Shown here in pieces: positions 29,601 through 43,530 of a stretch of 64,000 bases of DNA. This DNA is from Eledone cirrhosa (lineage: Eukaryota): the NCBI GenBank assembly GCA_964016885.1, contig OZ024742.1:315208001-315272000 (forward strand), in the 5' to 3' direction. Under the pieces are notes generated by a model. That model was not told the origin of the DNA and made no database searches. It worked only from the letters and a program-made list of their open reading frames with translations. Within the stretch, counting starts at the first letter, position 1; each line of letters starts with the position of its first letter. Made by a program: the position numbers and the translations under genes.

Positions 29601-32600
29601 GTGGTAACAGTGGGGTGTTTGTGGTAATAGTGGTGGTGTTTATGGTAATAGTGGTGGTGTATGTGGTAATAGTGGGGGTGTTTGTGGTAACAGTGGTGGT
29701 GTTTGTGGTAATAGTGGGGGTGTTTGTGGTAACAGTGGGGGTGTTTGTTGTAACAGTGAGGGTCTTTGTGGTAACAGTGGGGGTGTTTGTGGTAATAGTG
29801 GTGGTGTTTGTGGTAATAGTGGTGGTGTTTGTGGTAACAGTGGTGGTGTTTGTGGTAATAGTGGTGGTGTTTGTGGTAATAGTGATGGTGTTTGTGGTAA
29901 TAGTGGTGGTGTTTGTGGTAACAGTGGTGGTGTTTGTGGTAACAGTTGGGGTGTTTGTGGTAACAATGGGGGTGTTTGTGGTAATAGTGGTGGTGTTTGT
30001 GGTAACAGTGGTGGTGTTTGTGGTAATAGTGGGGGTGTTTGTGGTAATAGTGGTGGTGTTTGTGGTAATAGTGGTGGTGTTTGTGGTAACAGTGGTGGTG
30101 TTTGTGGTAACAGTGGGGGTGTTTGTGGTAATAGTGGTGGTGTTTGTGGTAATAGTGGTGGTGTTTGTGGTAATAGTGGTGGTGTTTGTGGTAATAGTGG
30201 GGGGTTTGTGGTAATAGTGGGGGTGTTTGTGGTAACAGTGGGGGTGTTTGTGGTAATAGTGGGGGTGTTTGTGGTAATAGTGGGGGTGTTTGTGGTAGCA
30301 GTGTGGGTGATTGTGGTAATAGTGGTGGTGTTTGTGGTAACAGTGGGGGTGTTTGTGGTAATAGTGGGGGTGTTTGTGGTAATAGTGGTGGTGTTTGTGG
30401 TAATAGTGGTGGTGTTTGTGGTAATAGTGGTGGTGTTTGTGGTAATAGTGGTGGTGTTTGTGGTAACAGTGGTGGTGTTTGTGGTAATAGTGGTGGTGTT
30501 TGTGGTAATAGTGGGGGTGTTTGTGGTAATAGTGGAGGTGTTTGTGGTAACAGTGGTGGTGTTTGTGGTAACAGTGGTGGTGTTTGTGGTAACAGTGGGG
30601 TGTTTGTGGTAATAGTGGTGGTGTTTATGGTAATAGTGGTGGTGTATGTGGTAATAGTGGGGGTGTTTGTGGTAATAGTGGTGGTGTTTGTGGTAACATT
30701 GGGGGTGTTTGTGGTAATAGTGGTGGTGTTTGTGGTAATAGTGGGGGTGTTTGTGGTAATAGTGGTGGTGTTTGTGGTAATAGTGGGGGTGTTTGTGGTA
30801 ATAGTGGGGGTGTTTGTGGTAATAGTGGGGGTGTTTGTGGTAATAGTGGGGGTGTTTGTGGTAACAGTGGGGGTGTTTGTGGTAATAGTGGTGGTGTTTG
30901 TGGTAATAGTGGGGGTGTTCGTGGTAATAGTGGTGGTGTTTGTGGTAATAGTGGGGGTGTTTGTGGTAATAGTGGTGGTTTTTGTGGTAACAGTGGGGGT
31001 GTTTGTGGTAATAGTGGTGGTGTTTGTGGTAATAGTGGTGGTGTTTGTGGTAATAGTGGTGGTGTTTGTGGTAACAGTGGGGGTGTTTGTGGTAATAGTG
31101 GTGGTGTTTGTGGTAATAGTGGTGGTGTATGTGGTAATAGTGGGGGTGTTTGTGGTAATAGTGGTGGTGTATGTGGTAATAGTGGGGGTGTTTCTGGTAA
31201 TAGTGGTGGTGTTTGTGGTAACAGTGGTGGTGTTTGTGGTAACAGTGGTGGTGTTTGTGGTAACAGTGGTGGTGTTTGTGGTAATAGTGGGGGTGTTTGT
31301 GGTAATAGTGGTGGTGTTTGTGGTAATAGTGGTGGTGTTTGTGGTAATAGTGGTGGTGTTTGTGATAATAGTGGTGGTGTTTGTGGTAACAGTGGTGGTG
31401 TTTGTGGTAATAGTGGGGGTGTTTGTGGTAACAGTGGGGGTGTTTGTGGTAACAGTGAGGGTCTTTGTGGTAACAGTGGGGGTGTTTGTGGTAATAGTGG
31501 TGGTGTTTGTGGTAATAGTGGTGGTGTTTGTGGTAACAGTGGTGGTGTTTGTGGTAATAGTGGTGGTGTTTGTGGTAATAGTGGTGGTGTTTGTGGTAAT
31601 AGTGGTGGTGTTTGTGGTAACAGTGGTGGTGTTTGTGGTAAAAGTTGGGGTGTTTGTGGTAACAATGGGGGTGTTTGTGGTAATAGTGGTGGTGTTTGTG
31701 GTAACAGTGGTGGTGTTTGTGGTAATAGTGGGGGTGTTTGTGGTAATAGTGGTGGTGTTTGTGGTAATAGTGGTGGTGTTTGTGGTAACAGTGGTGGTGT
31801 TTGTGGTAACAGTGGGGGTGTTTGTGGTAATAGTGGTGGTGTTTGTGGTAATAGTGGTGGTGTTTGTGGTAATAGTGGTGGTGTTTGTGGTAATAGTGGG
31901 GGGTTTGTGGTAATAGTGGGGGTGTTTGTGGTAACAGTGGGGGTGTTTGTGGTAATAGTGGGGGTGTTTGTGGTAATAGTTGGGGTGTTTGTGGTAGCAG
32001 TGTGGGTGATTGTGGTAATAATGGTGGTGTTTGTGGTAACAGTGGGGGTGTTTGTGGTAATAGTGGGGGTGTTTGTGGTAATAGTGGTGGTGTTTCTGGT
32101 AATAGTGGTGGTGTTTGTGGTAATAGTGGTGGTGTTTGTGGTAATAGTGGCGGTGTTTGTGGTAATAGTGGTGGTGTTTGTGGTAACAGTGGTGGTGTTT
32201 GTGGTAATAGTGGTGGTGTTTGTGGTAATAGTGGGGGTGTTTGTGGTAATAGTGGAGGTGTTTGTGGTAACAGTGGTGGTGTTTGTGGTAACAGTGGTGG
32301 TGTTTGTGGTAACAGTGGGGGTGTTTGTGGTAATAGTGGTGGTGTTTATGGTAATAGTGGTGGTGTATGTGGTAATAGTGGGGGTGTTTGTGGTAATAGT
32401 GGTGGTGTTTGTGGTAACATTGGGGGTGTTTGTGGTAATAGTGGTGGTGTTTGTGGTAATAGTGGGGGTGTTTGTGGTAATAGTGGTGGTGTTTGTGGTA
32501 ATAGTGGGGGTGTTTGTGGTAATAGTGGGGGTGTTTGTGGTAATAGTGGTGGTGTTTGTGGTAATAGTGGGGGTGTTTGTGGTAATAGTGGGGGTGTTTG

Positions 32601-34023
32601 TGGTAACAGTGGGGGTGTTTGTGGTAATAGTGGTGGTGTTTGTGGTAATAGTGGGGGTGTTTGTAGTAATAGTGGGGGTGTTTGTGGTAATAGTGGGGGT
32701 GTTTGTGGTAATAGTGGTGGTTTTTGTGGTAACAGTGGGGGTATTTGTGGTAATAGTGGTGGTGTTTGTGGTAATAGTGGTGGTGTTTGTGGTAATAGTG
32801 GTGGTGTTTGTGGTAACAGTGGGGGTGTTTGTGGTAATAGTGGGTGTGTTTGTGGTAATAGTGGTGGTGTTTGTGGTAATAGTGGGGGTGTTTGTGGTAA
32901 TAGTGGTGGTGTTTATGGTAATAGTGGGGGTGTTTGTGGTAATAGTGGGGGTGTTTGTGGTAACAGTGGTGGTGTTTGTGGTAACAGTGGGGGTGTTTGT
33001 TGTAATAGTGGGGGTGTTTGTGGTAATAGTGGGGGTGTTTGTGGTAATAGTGGGGGTGTTTGTGGTAACAGTGGTGGTGTTTGTGGTAATAGTGGGTTGT
33101 TTGTGGTAATAGTGGCGGTGTTTGTGGTAATAGTGGGGGTGTTTGTGGTAACAGTGGTGGTGTTTGTGGTAATAGTGGGGGTGTTTGTGGTAATAGTGGT
33201 GGTGTTTGTGGTAACAGTGGTGGTGTTTGTGGTAATAGTGGGGGTGTTTGTGGTAATAGTGGGGGTGTTTGTGGTAATAGTGGTGGCGTTTGTGGTAATA
33301 GTGGGGGTGTTTGTGGTAATAGTGGGGGTGTTTGTGGTAATAGTGGGGGTGTTTGTGGTAACAGTGGTGGTGTTTGTGGTAATAGTGGGGGTGTTTGTGG
33401 TAATAGTGGTGGTGTTTATGGTAATAGTGGTGGTGTATGTGGTAATCGTGGGGGTGTTTGTGGTAATAGTGGTGGTGTTTGTGGTAACAGTGGGGGTGTT
33501 TGTGGTAATAGTGGTGGTGTTTGTGGTAATAGTGGGGGTGTTTGTGGTAAGAGTGGGGGGTTTGTGGTAATAGTGGTGGTGTTTGTGGTAACAGTGGGGG
33601 TGTTTGTGGTAATAGTGGGGGTGTTTGTGGTAATAGTGGGGGTGTTTGTGGTAATAGTGGGGGTGTTTGTGGTAATAGTGGGGAGTTTGTGGTAATAGTG
33701 GTGGTGTTTGTGGTAACAGTGGTGGTGTTTGTGGTAATAGTGGGGGTGTTTGTGGTAATAGTGGTGGTGTTTGTGGTAATAGTGGTGGTGATTGTGGTAA
33801 TAGTGGGGGTGTTTGTGGTAATAGTGGGGGTGTTTGTGGTAATAGTGGGGGTGTTTGTGGTAATAGTGGGGGTGTTTGTGGTAATAGTGGGGGTGTTTGT
33901 GGTAACAGAGGTGGTGTTTGTGGTAATAGTGGTGGTGATTGTGGTAATAGTGGGGGTGTTTGTGGTAATAGTGGGGGTGTTTGTGGTAATAGTGGGGGTG
34001 TTTGTGGTAATAGTGGGGGTGTT
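17642..34023. repeat. 21-bp minisatellite array (about 16.4 kb, about 780 units) with higher-order repeats
   Basis: Unit gtttgtggtaa(t/c)agtgg(g/t)ggt; rare variant units recur at kb-scale periods. Confidence 0.98.
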
Positions 34024-34216
34024 ATGAGTATCAGTGATAGTACGGTGATGAAAATGGAGTTGCAGTGTTGTGCCATTATGATGATGATGATGATGATGAT
34101 AGTGGTGGAATATTGTTGATGTGGTAATGATGGTGATAATTGTGGTGTTGACGATAGCGTGGGTAGTAGTGAGTGGTGGCGGTGTTTGGTAGGTGCTGGG
34201 GATAGTGGCGGTGGAT

Positions 34217-34312
34217 AGAAGAAGAAGAAGAAGAAGAAGAAGAAGAAGAAGAAGAAGAAGAAGAAGAAGAAGAAGAAGAAGAAGAAGAAGAAGAAGAAGA
34301 AGAAGAAGAAGA
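34217..34312. repeat. (GAA)n microsatellite
   Basis: About 32 perfect GAA units. Confidence 0.97.
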
Positions 34313-34692
34313 AAATGCACGTGGGTCATGTGGGTACTACAGCCTCTGGTTATTTTTTAAAACTCCTTTCATATCAGTCTGATGAAAACTGTCCCTGGTT
34401 GTACGATACAAATCTTTCGAGTAAAAGAGACTTGGTTATGTTATGAATCAAATATCAGTTAAAAATTGAAATAGTTATATTACTACCTACAAGTCTTGAA
34501 AATCATAGTGTAGTGTCTATCATTAGAAATATGGACTTAGAAATGATGATGATACAGGTATATAGCGTAAATTTTGTGACAGTTTTGTAACATTGAGATA
34601 TGCAACTTCTCACACACATACATATATTTATATATATATATATGTAAATATATAAACATGTATATTTTTTATACAAACACACACACACACAA

Positions 34693-34772
<80 letters not shown>

Positions 34773-34811
34773 ATATTAAATAAATGGAAACTATATTTAT
34801 AAAAGCATATT

Positions 34812-34876
34812 TTTCTTATTATATATATTTCAAGGGCAACCAAGACAACATTGGTACGCTTTCATCAGATAAAATA
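34812..34876 (-). ncRNA. Hammerhead ribozyme, minimal type I (inverted copy)
   Basis: UUUUAU CUGAUGA AAGCGUACCAA..UUGGUUGCCCUU GAAA UAUAUA UA AUAAGA. Confidence 0.7.
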
Positions 34877-34944
34877 CAAAGTTTGTTTTATAAATAGAGA
34901 CATACCCATGAAAATCATACCTTATCGGTTTGAAATTCACTTTG

Positions 34945-35009
34945 TATTTTATCTGATGAAAGCGTACCAATGTTATCTTGGTAACGCTTGAAATATATAT
35001 AATAAAATA
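34945..35009 (+). ncRNA. Hammerhead ribozyme, minimal type I
   Basis: 8-bp stem I UAUUUUAU/AUAAAAUA, core CUGAUGA, stem II AAGCGU-ACCAA..UUGGU-A-ACGCUU, GAAA, palindromic stem III AUAUAUAU, AUA cleavage triplet. Confidence 0.85.
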
Positions 35010-35289
35010 AATATGGTTTTATAAATATAGTTTCCATTTATTTAATATCATTGAATATTTACTCCAGTAAACTGTTGAGTGCTCTAAATCAGTTATAAAC
35101 ATTTATGTTTGTCGGACTTCCAACAAATTAAATACCACTTCTACTTATATATATATATATTCATACAGATACACCTACACGCACATACACAAACAAGGAA
35201 ACATACTTATACACTCTAGGGTTTGGAAAGATGAAATGAATATTATGTAATGTAACATATATATATGTGTGTGTGTGGGGGGGGGGGGT

Positions 35290-35327
35290 GTCTGTGTCTG
35301 TGTATGTATATGCACATAACCGAAGTG

Positions 35328-35358
<31 letters not shown>

Positions 35359-35531
35359 GGCGTGAGTGTGTGTGTGTATGTGTCTATGTGTGGGTGGGTG
35401 TCTGTGTATGTATATGCACATAACTGAAGTGATATATATATATATATGTGTGTGTGAGAGAGAGAGAGTGTGTGTGTGTATATCTATGTGGGTGTGTGTG
35501 TCTGTGTATGTATATGCACATAACCGAAGTC

Positions 35532-35570
<39 letters not shown>

Positions 35571-35760
35571 CGTGAGTGTGTGTGTATGTGTATGTAGGTG
35601 TGTGTGTGTGTGTATGTATATGCACATAACCGAAGTGATATATATATATATGTGTGTGTCTGTGCGTGAGTGTATGTGTGTGTGTATGTGTGGGTGTGTG
35701 TCTGTGTATGTATATGCACATAACCGAAGTGATATATATATATATATGTGTGTGTGTGCG
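35290..35760. repeat. Compound tandem repeat, about 105-bp unit, 5 copies
   Basis: Core tgtatgtatatgcacataaccgaagt(g/c)atatata recurs between (TG)n spacers. Confidence 0.85.
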
Positions 35761-35782
35761 TGAATGGCTCGTGAGGACATAT

Positions 35783-36150
35783 TCATAGGTGTGTATATAT
35801 TTATAAATGCATACATATAAAGGTGTGTGTGTATGTGTATGTGAATGTGTGCATATGCATAGGTGTGTATATATTTATAAATGCATACATATAAAGGTGT
35901 GTGTGTATGTGTGTGTGAATGTGTGCATATGCATAGGTGTGCATATATTTATAAATGCATACATATAAAGGTGTGTGTGTGTATGTGTGTGTGTGTGTGT
36001 GTGTGAATGTGTGCTTATGCATAGGTGTGCATATATTTATAAATGCATACATATAAAGGTGTGTGTGTATGTGTGTGTGTGAATGTGTGCTTATGCATAG
36101 GTGTGCATATATTTATAAATGCATACATATAAAGGTGTGTGTGTGTGTGT
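35783..36150. repeat. Compound tandem repeat, about 75-90-bp unit, 5 copies
   Basis: Core cataggtgtg(t/c)atatatttataaatgcatacatataaaggtgtgtg. Confidence 0.88.
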
Positions 36151-36349
36151 GCTTGTGCATTAGGTGGGATAGAATGGTCGTGTGCTGATGTTAGATGTCT
36201 GTCATAGTATATGTTTAGAGGAGGTGGGGCTACTATATTTCTGAGTTCAAACATTGGTTGATGAAGAGAGAAGAAAACATCTATAATACGTGGAAATAAC
36301 AACTATAGTCTCTCATATAGGTAATATAAACCTAAACGTAGGCATGTAT

Positions 36350-38005
<1,656 letters not shown>

Positions 38006-38308
38006 TACGCGGAGCATAAAGTGTCTTTTCTTTCATGCATTAGATTATCTATTAAATTAACTATTTGTGTGTAATGGAGAGAGAAAAGTATTAGTAGAGG
38101 ATGAATTGAAGTTATGATAATATAAAGTGAGAGACTGGGTGAAATAGAGAAAGAGAAGGAAATATGGGTAAAATTATGTATGAGGAAAGTTATCTATTTC
38201 TTTTTGGCGCTCGAGATCAAAATATTTTCAATCAAAAGATGCTATTGTTTGTAATATTGTGTTGAATGATATTTCTGTGGGGTCGGATTGCTGGCATAAG
38301 TAGGCAGC

Positions 38309-38310
<2 letters not shown>

Positions 38311-38377
<67 letters not shown>

Positions 38378-38697
38378 ATATATATATCATATATATATAT
38401 ATATGTTATATATATATCATATATATATATATATATACATATGTTATATATATATATATATCATAAATATACATATATATATGTTATATATATATATATA
38501 TGTTATATATATATCATATATATATATATATATCATATATATATATATATATATGTTATATATATATATATCATATATATATATATATATCATATATATA
38601 CATATATATATATATATCATATATATATATTATATATATACATATGTTATATATATATTATATATATATATATATATATATTATATTATATAAATAT

Positions 38698-38729
<32 letters not shown>

Positions 38730-38813
38730 CATTTATAAAGAGAACGAGATATTAAGATATATATATATATATATATACATACGTTACATATATATATATA
38801 TATATACACATAT

Positions 38814-38861
<48 letters not shown>

Positions 38862-39129
38862 TATATAAATATTATATATATATATATATGTATATATATA
38901 TGTATATATATATAACGAGAGCGAGAGAGAGAGAGAGGGGGGAGAGAGAGAGATATTAAGATGTATATATATATATTTATATATATATATATGTGTATTA
39001 TATTATATAAATATTATATATATATATATATTTATTACATTATATTATATATATAAAGAGAGCGAGAAAGATATATTAAGATATATATACATATATATGT
39101 ATATATACATATATGTATATATATATATA

Positions 39130-39198
<69 letters not shown>

Positions 39199-39201
39199 AT
39201 A

Positions 39202-39236
<35 letters not shown>

Positions 39237-39237
39237 G
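38311..39237. repeat. Degenerate (TA)n tract with short (GA)n-containing duplications
   Basis: Direct reading; gagatattaagat occurs three times. Confidence 0.93.
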
Positions 39238-39791
39238 TCTCTTAATTATTGATTGTTAATGCTTGATGGAAGCGGGGTTTTCTTGTGAGATATTTGTATA
39301 TATATACAACACACAGACAGTGATGGCCATAAATACACTGATAGATTCTTTTACACTGGCCATGCTGGGGCATGTATATATGTCTGTGTATGTATGTGTA
39401 TTTGTGTGTGTATAAATGAATATATATGGAAACATTCACGTATACATTCATGTGTGTGTGATTGTGCGTGTGTGCGTGTGTGCGTGTGTGCGTGTGCGCG
39501 AGCGCGCGCGCGTGAGTGCGTGCGTGCGTGCGTGCGTGTGTGTGTGTGTGTGTGCGTGTGCGTGTGCGTGTGTGTGTGTGTGACAAACTGCAAGTCATTT
39601 AACACCCGTTTTTTCCCTTTTTCACTCCCATTTATCTTATTGCTTCTTCTCTCTAATAAATATCCTCTCTTCTCTTTCTCAATTTATCTTCCGATGAAGA
39701 ACTATCATCCGAAACATTGAGATTCTTCTGCTATTATATCAAGAGTTAAATTGAATTGTATTGTTCTCTTTTGTTACTTTTCCGTGTCCAT

Positions 39792-39836
<45 letters not shown>

Positions 39837-40001
39837 CGCGCTGATATATACCCATTTATTTTAATGTGGCTTGGGTTATTTCATTTCGATTAGTCTACAG
39901 AACATGATTTTAATTCTTATTGTAGGCATATTGAAAATGACTATATATATATATATATATCAATATACACATACATACGCATATACGCCTCAATACGCGT
40001 A

Positions 40002-40040
<39 letters not shown>

Positions 40041-40639
40041 AAAATATAAATGCCGGGAATTGATTTTATTAACATAATCCACAGAACATATTTTACATAC
40101 CTCTCAAACTGAATCTAATTTATTGAGTTATTTGGTGAATTTCTAATTTACAAACCATTTCTCGTGTATTTCTTTAATATTTCATATTAATAGCGCTGGG
40201 TGTTGTTAAATGTGTACTTCTCGACCCTATAACTTTGCGTGTCGTAAGAAGCAATTAAAAGGATTAGCCTTAGGAAGAGTATCCAATTTTAAAACACTTC
40301 CTCAAAGGGTCCAGCTCATCCCATGCCAGCATAGAGACGTAGACGTAAATATGATGATGATCATCATCATGATTCTACGCATGGATAGAAAAGATCTGAA
40401 TTCTATAAATGTTGAACTAAGGTTTGCTAACATATAATGTATGGCTTTGCTTTCACCACATACGAATCTTCTTTCTCACGTCTTCTTTCACATGTCTATA
40501 AATGCAACCATTTCTAGAGAACACAACTATGCCCCATCATTTTGGAGGACTACTGGATTTTCTAATCTACCAGTCTCTTCTTAGCGCTGAGGGAGACCAT
40601 CACTAATCTATTAATGTCGATATAATTCTTATTTGGGCA

Positions 40640-40756
40640 TCCACTGATGAGTTTATAAGGGCCCGCTTGTGTATAAAACTATGGATTATATACAAGTTTC
40701 TACATAACCTGGAAATTATTTATCCCAAATTGTAGAAATCTTATAACGAAACTGGA
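40640..40756 (+). ncRNA. Degenerate HHR-like motif (stem III and cleavage triplet missing)
   Basis: UCCA CUGAUGA GUUUAUAAG...CUUAUAAC GAAAC UGGA: stem I, core and stem II base are present, with no NUH. Confidence 0.4.
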
Positions 40757-40993
40757 AGGAAAGAGTTATTTATTTAATAATGTCTCATATAAAATAATAC
40801 AACCAGCTATTCACGAAATACTGATTAGTTAGCAGCCCAAACACTAAATTGGGATAATACTTAGGTATATCCTAATGTTTGTTGAGTGAGATGGAGTTGG
40901 TCAGAGTATCGCTTAAGGCTTTCTCTGTTTATGTATTAAATATATATGTAATATGTAATTAAATTGTGGTTTGATGCAATACTGATTCCTCGT

Positions 40994-41070
40994 TCAAACC
41001 AAACAGTGAGTGTGTTCTGTTATCATTTCTGGTAATATTATAACAATGTGACCCTCCCCAAGTATAACAA

Positions 41071-41072
<2 letters not shown>
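40994..41072 (+). mobile_element. PLE 3'-tail fragment related to the PLE2 tail
   Basis: tgaccctccccaagtataacaatat matches 62246-62270, and the whole segment matches 62325-62402 in reverse. Confidence 0.7.
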
Positions 41073-41110
<38 letters not shown>

Positions 41111-41113
41111 CTG

Positions 41114-41148
<35 letters not shown>

Positions 41149-41157
41149 ATTTATAAG

Positions 41158-41464
41158 AGCCCTTTCCGTCACGAATGGGTTTTGCATCGAGAGAGTTCCC
41201 CACCAACGCAAAAGACTGGGAATGGTGCGCTTATGGAAGACTAGCACAAGCCCATGAGCAACAGTCTCCCTTCTCCATGCAAGCGATGTCGGCCAAGGCA
41301 AAGACAGTAACGTCACAACTCATTTCTGCAGTTGTGTGATCTGGAGCAAGATGAAATAAAGTATCTTGCTCAAGGGCACAGCGCATCACCCGATCCGGGA
41401 ATCGAATTCACAACCTCATGATTGTGAATCCAACTCTCTAACTACTAAGTCACGCACCTTCACA
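41158..41464 (-). mobile_element. tRNA-derived SINE, near full length
   Basis: Reverse complement: gcgtgacttagtagttag (A-box-like), gaattcgattccc (B-box-like), gtgcccttgagcaagatactttatttc; head shared with 6252-6485. Confidence 0.8.
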
Positions 41465-41469
41465 CACGC

Positions 41470-42430
41470 ACGCATATATATATAACATTTTTTTTTTCAA
41501 TGTGATCTACACCTCGTGGTAGGGTCCATACACATACCTCCCTCGCCCATTTCTACTAACGGAATCCTTTTCCTACACACACACACACACACAAATATAT
41601 ATTCCCTCCATCTTACATGCTAACCATACACACACACATAACTCCCTCCCCCATTTCTACTAATAGAACCATTTTCCCACACACACACACAAATAAAAAT
41701 ATATATCTCTACTTTCTTTATTTCAATAGAAAGTCTCAATTTTGACACTTCAGCACATCAGCCATACTTACTGAACCAGAACAATTCTCCCCACCCTTTT
41801 TTCTTGACCATTATCTTTTGTTTGGCACAAAATTCTCTAAATGGCTACAAAGAACTCCCAAATACAAACTGGCGCGAAATTTAATGTACTTATTCACGTG
41901 AAGGTGATAACCAATCAAATTACATCTATAAAAAAAAAACTTTTTCAGCCACTTTTTGAAATGAAAAGAACCCTCAAACACTAATTGGCGCGAACTTGAT
42001 GTGCTTATTCCCGTGACTGCATCAACCAACCAAATTTCACTCATACATGAAAAAACAATCTGAGCCCCCCCCCCCTTTTTTTTAAAGGCAAATATAATAA
42101 GAACTTTGTAACGATAACTGGCGCGAAATGTATTATACTTATTCACGTGACAGTCATCAACCAAATTACTTTTCTAAAAAACCTAACATTTCGAGCCACT
42201 TTTTTCCACATAAAACAGAGGTAACATTCGAACACCAACCAGATGCGAGAAAAACCACAAACCTTCCATCTTAATTCTACTTTTGAAAAGCATAAGAACT
42301 GTGAAAGGAAACAAATAAATATTCTTAAAAAGACTCCAGTTGCATTTTCGATTTCATCTTTTTTCCTTATACTTTCACTCGTGTTGGACATCTTGTTTTT
42401 TTTCATTTTGAAAAAAACCCTCACTTTTCT
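41470..42430 (+). mobile_element. Family A repeat, longer diverged copy with three internal subrepeats
   Basis: 42118-42430 aligns with 748-1080; tggcgcgaa...ttattc(a/c)cgtga...ccaa subunit at about 41869, 41985 and 42118. Left boundary uncertain. Confidence 0.7.
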
Positions 42431-43235
42431 GATATATATATATATATATATATATACACAGGAAGAATTATAAAGCCAAGGGTCGTGTATATACGTAGTG
42501 CATTAGCCGGTGACTCTGACGAAACATGAATACAAGTTAACTGAGATATATGAGACTGCTACACTTGCGGAATCACACCATTATTAAATTGTCATATGTA
42601 TAGCTATATATCTACAATATAACGTCCATTCATACACGCATATTGAGAGGGATGGAGGACGATATATATATATAGAGAGAGAGGGGGGGAGAAAGAGAGA
42701 GCGAGAGAGAAAGAAAGAGAGAGGGAGAGAGAGACGTTTGAGAGAGAGACGTTTGAACCCTGTTCAGTTTATATTAGATTTTGTGTCTATCATATTATGA
42801 TATTAACTGTTATATTAACATATATCATATTAACTGTTGTTGATTCCTTTTATCATTTACATTTAGTAAATGGAAAAATATTAAGTACCATAGGAAGTAG
42901 GAAATTCCTTAGACACAGGTAAGTTGGTTAAGTACTTTATAGTATTCTATTTATAATATACTACTCTTGTTACATCAGCTGGTTACAATGTTCGTATCTG
43001 TGTATGTGAGTAGTGTGAATGTGTTTGCGCGTGTGTATGTTTGTATACGTACGCGTGTCTATGTGGTTTTACTTCCACAGAGAAATAACAAATGAGAGAC
43101 AAATGAGTTTTTAATAAAGGATATCTAGAAAATGATAAGAATTAGAGAAATGTGTATCAGAAAATACTCCAAAGAAAGGATAAAGAGACAGGAATGTGTG
43201 GATTCAATTTTATCAGTGTTATGCATGTGTACATT

Positions 43236-43530
43236 TAAGAGCTTTTGGTTCGCAATCGTAAGGTCATAGATTCAATCTCACTGCGTGTATTATGGACAAC
43301 TGTTATTTACCATAACCTCAGATCAAGCAATGACTTTTAAGTGAAAATCTGGTAGACAGAATCTGTTTTAGAATCCGGTCTGATGGACTGTAACTGTAAT
43401 GCAAATAGACCAGCCTTGTCGAATACTAATTTAAGCTGAAACCCCATGAGAATTACGTTGACGAGCTGGATCTTCCGTTAATTGAAAAACTAGAACACTC
43501 ATCGCTGAAACCGACAGAGGTTCATTCCAT
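43236..43530 (+). mobile_element. Degenerate tRNA-derived SINE
   Basis: ttcgcaatcgtaaggtcatagattcaatctcactgcg head; body similar to 3905-4068. Confidence 0.55.

Larger units (their letters stand above)
34767..35147. mobile_element. Family C palindromic PLE pseudo-LTR remnant with two HHRs
   Basis: Inverted arms about 34767-34883 and 34939-35053, then a tail to 35147; TA-flanked; related to 47161-47340 and 55823-55920. Confidence 0.85.

Noticed and set aside
35290-36150. Repeat-spacer pattern superficially like a CRISPR array
   Set aside because: The spacers are variable (TG)n/(TA)n microsatellite, not unique sequence; eukaryotic context and no cas genes.
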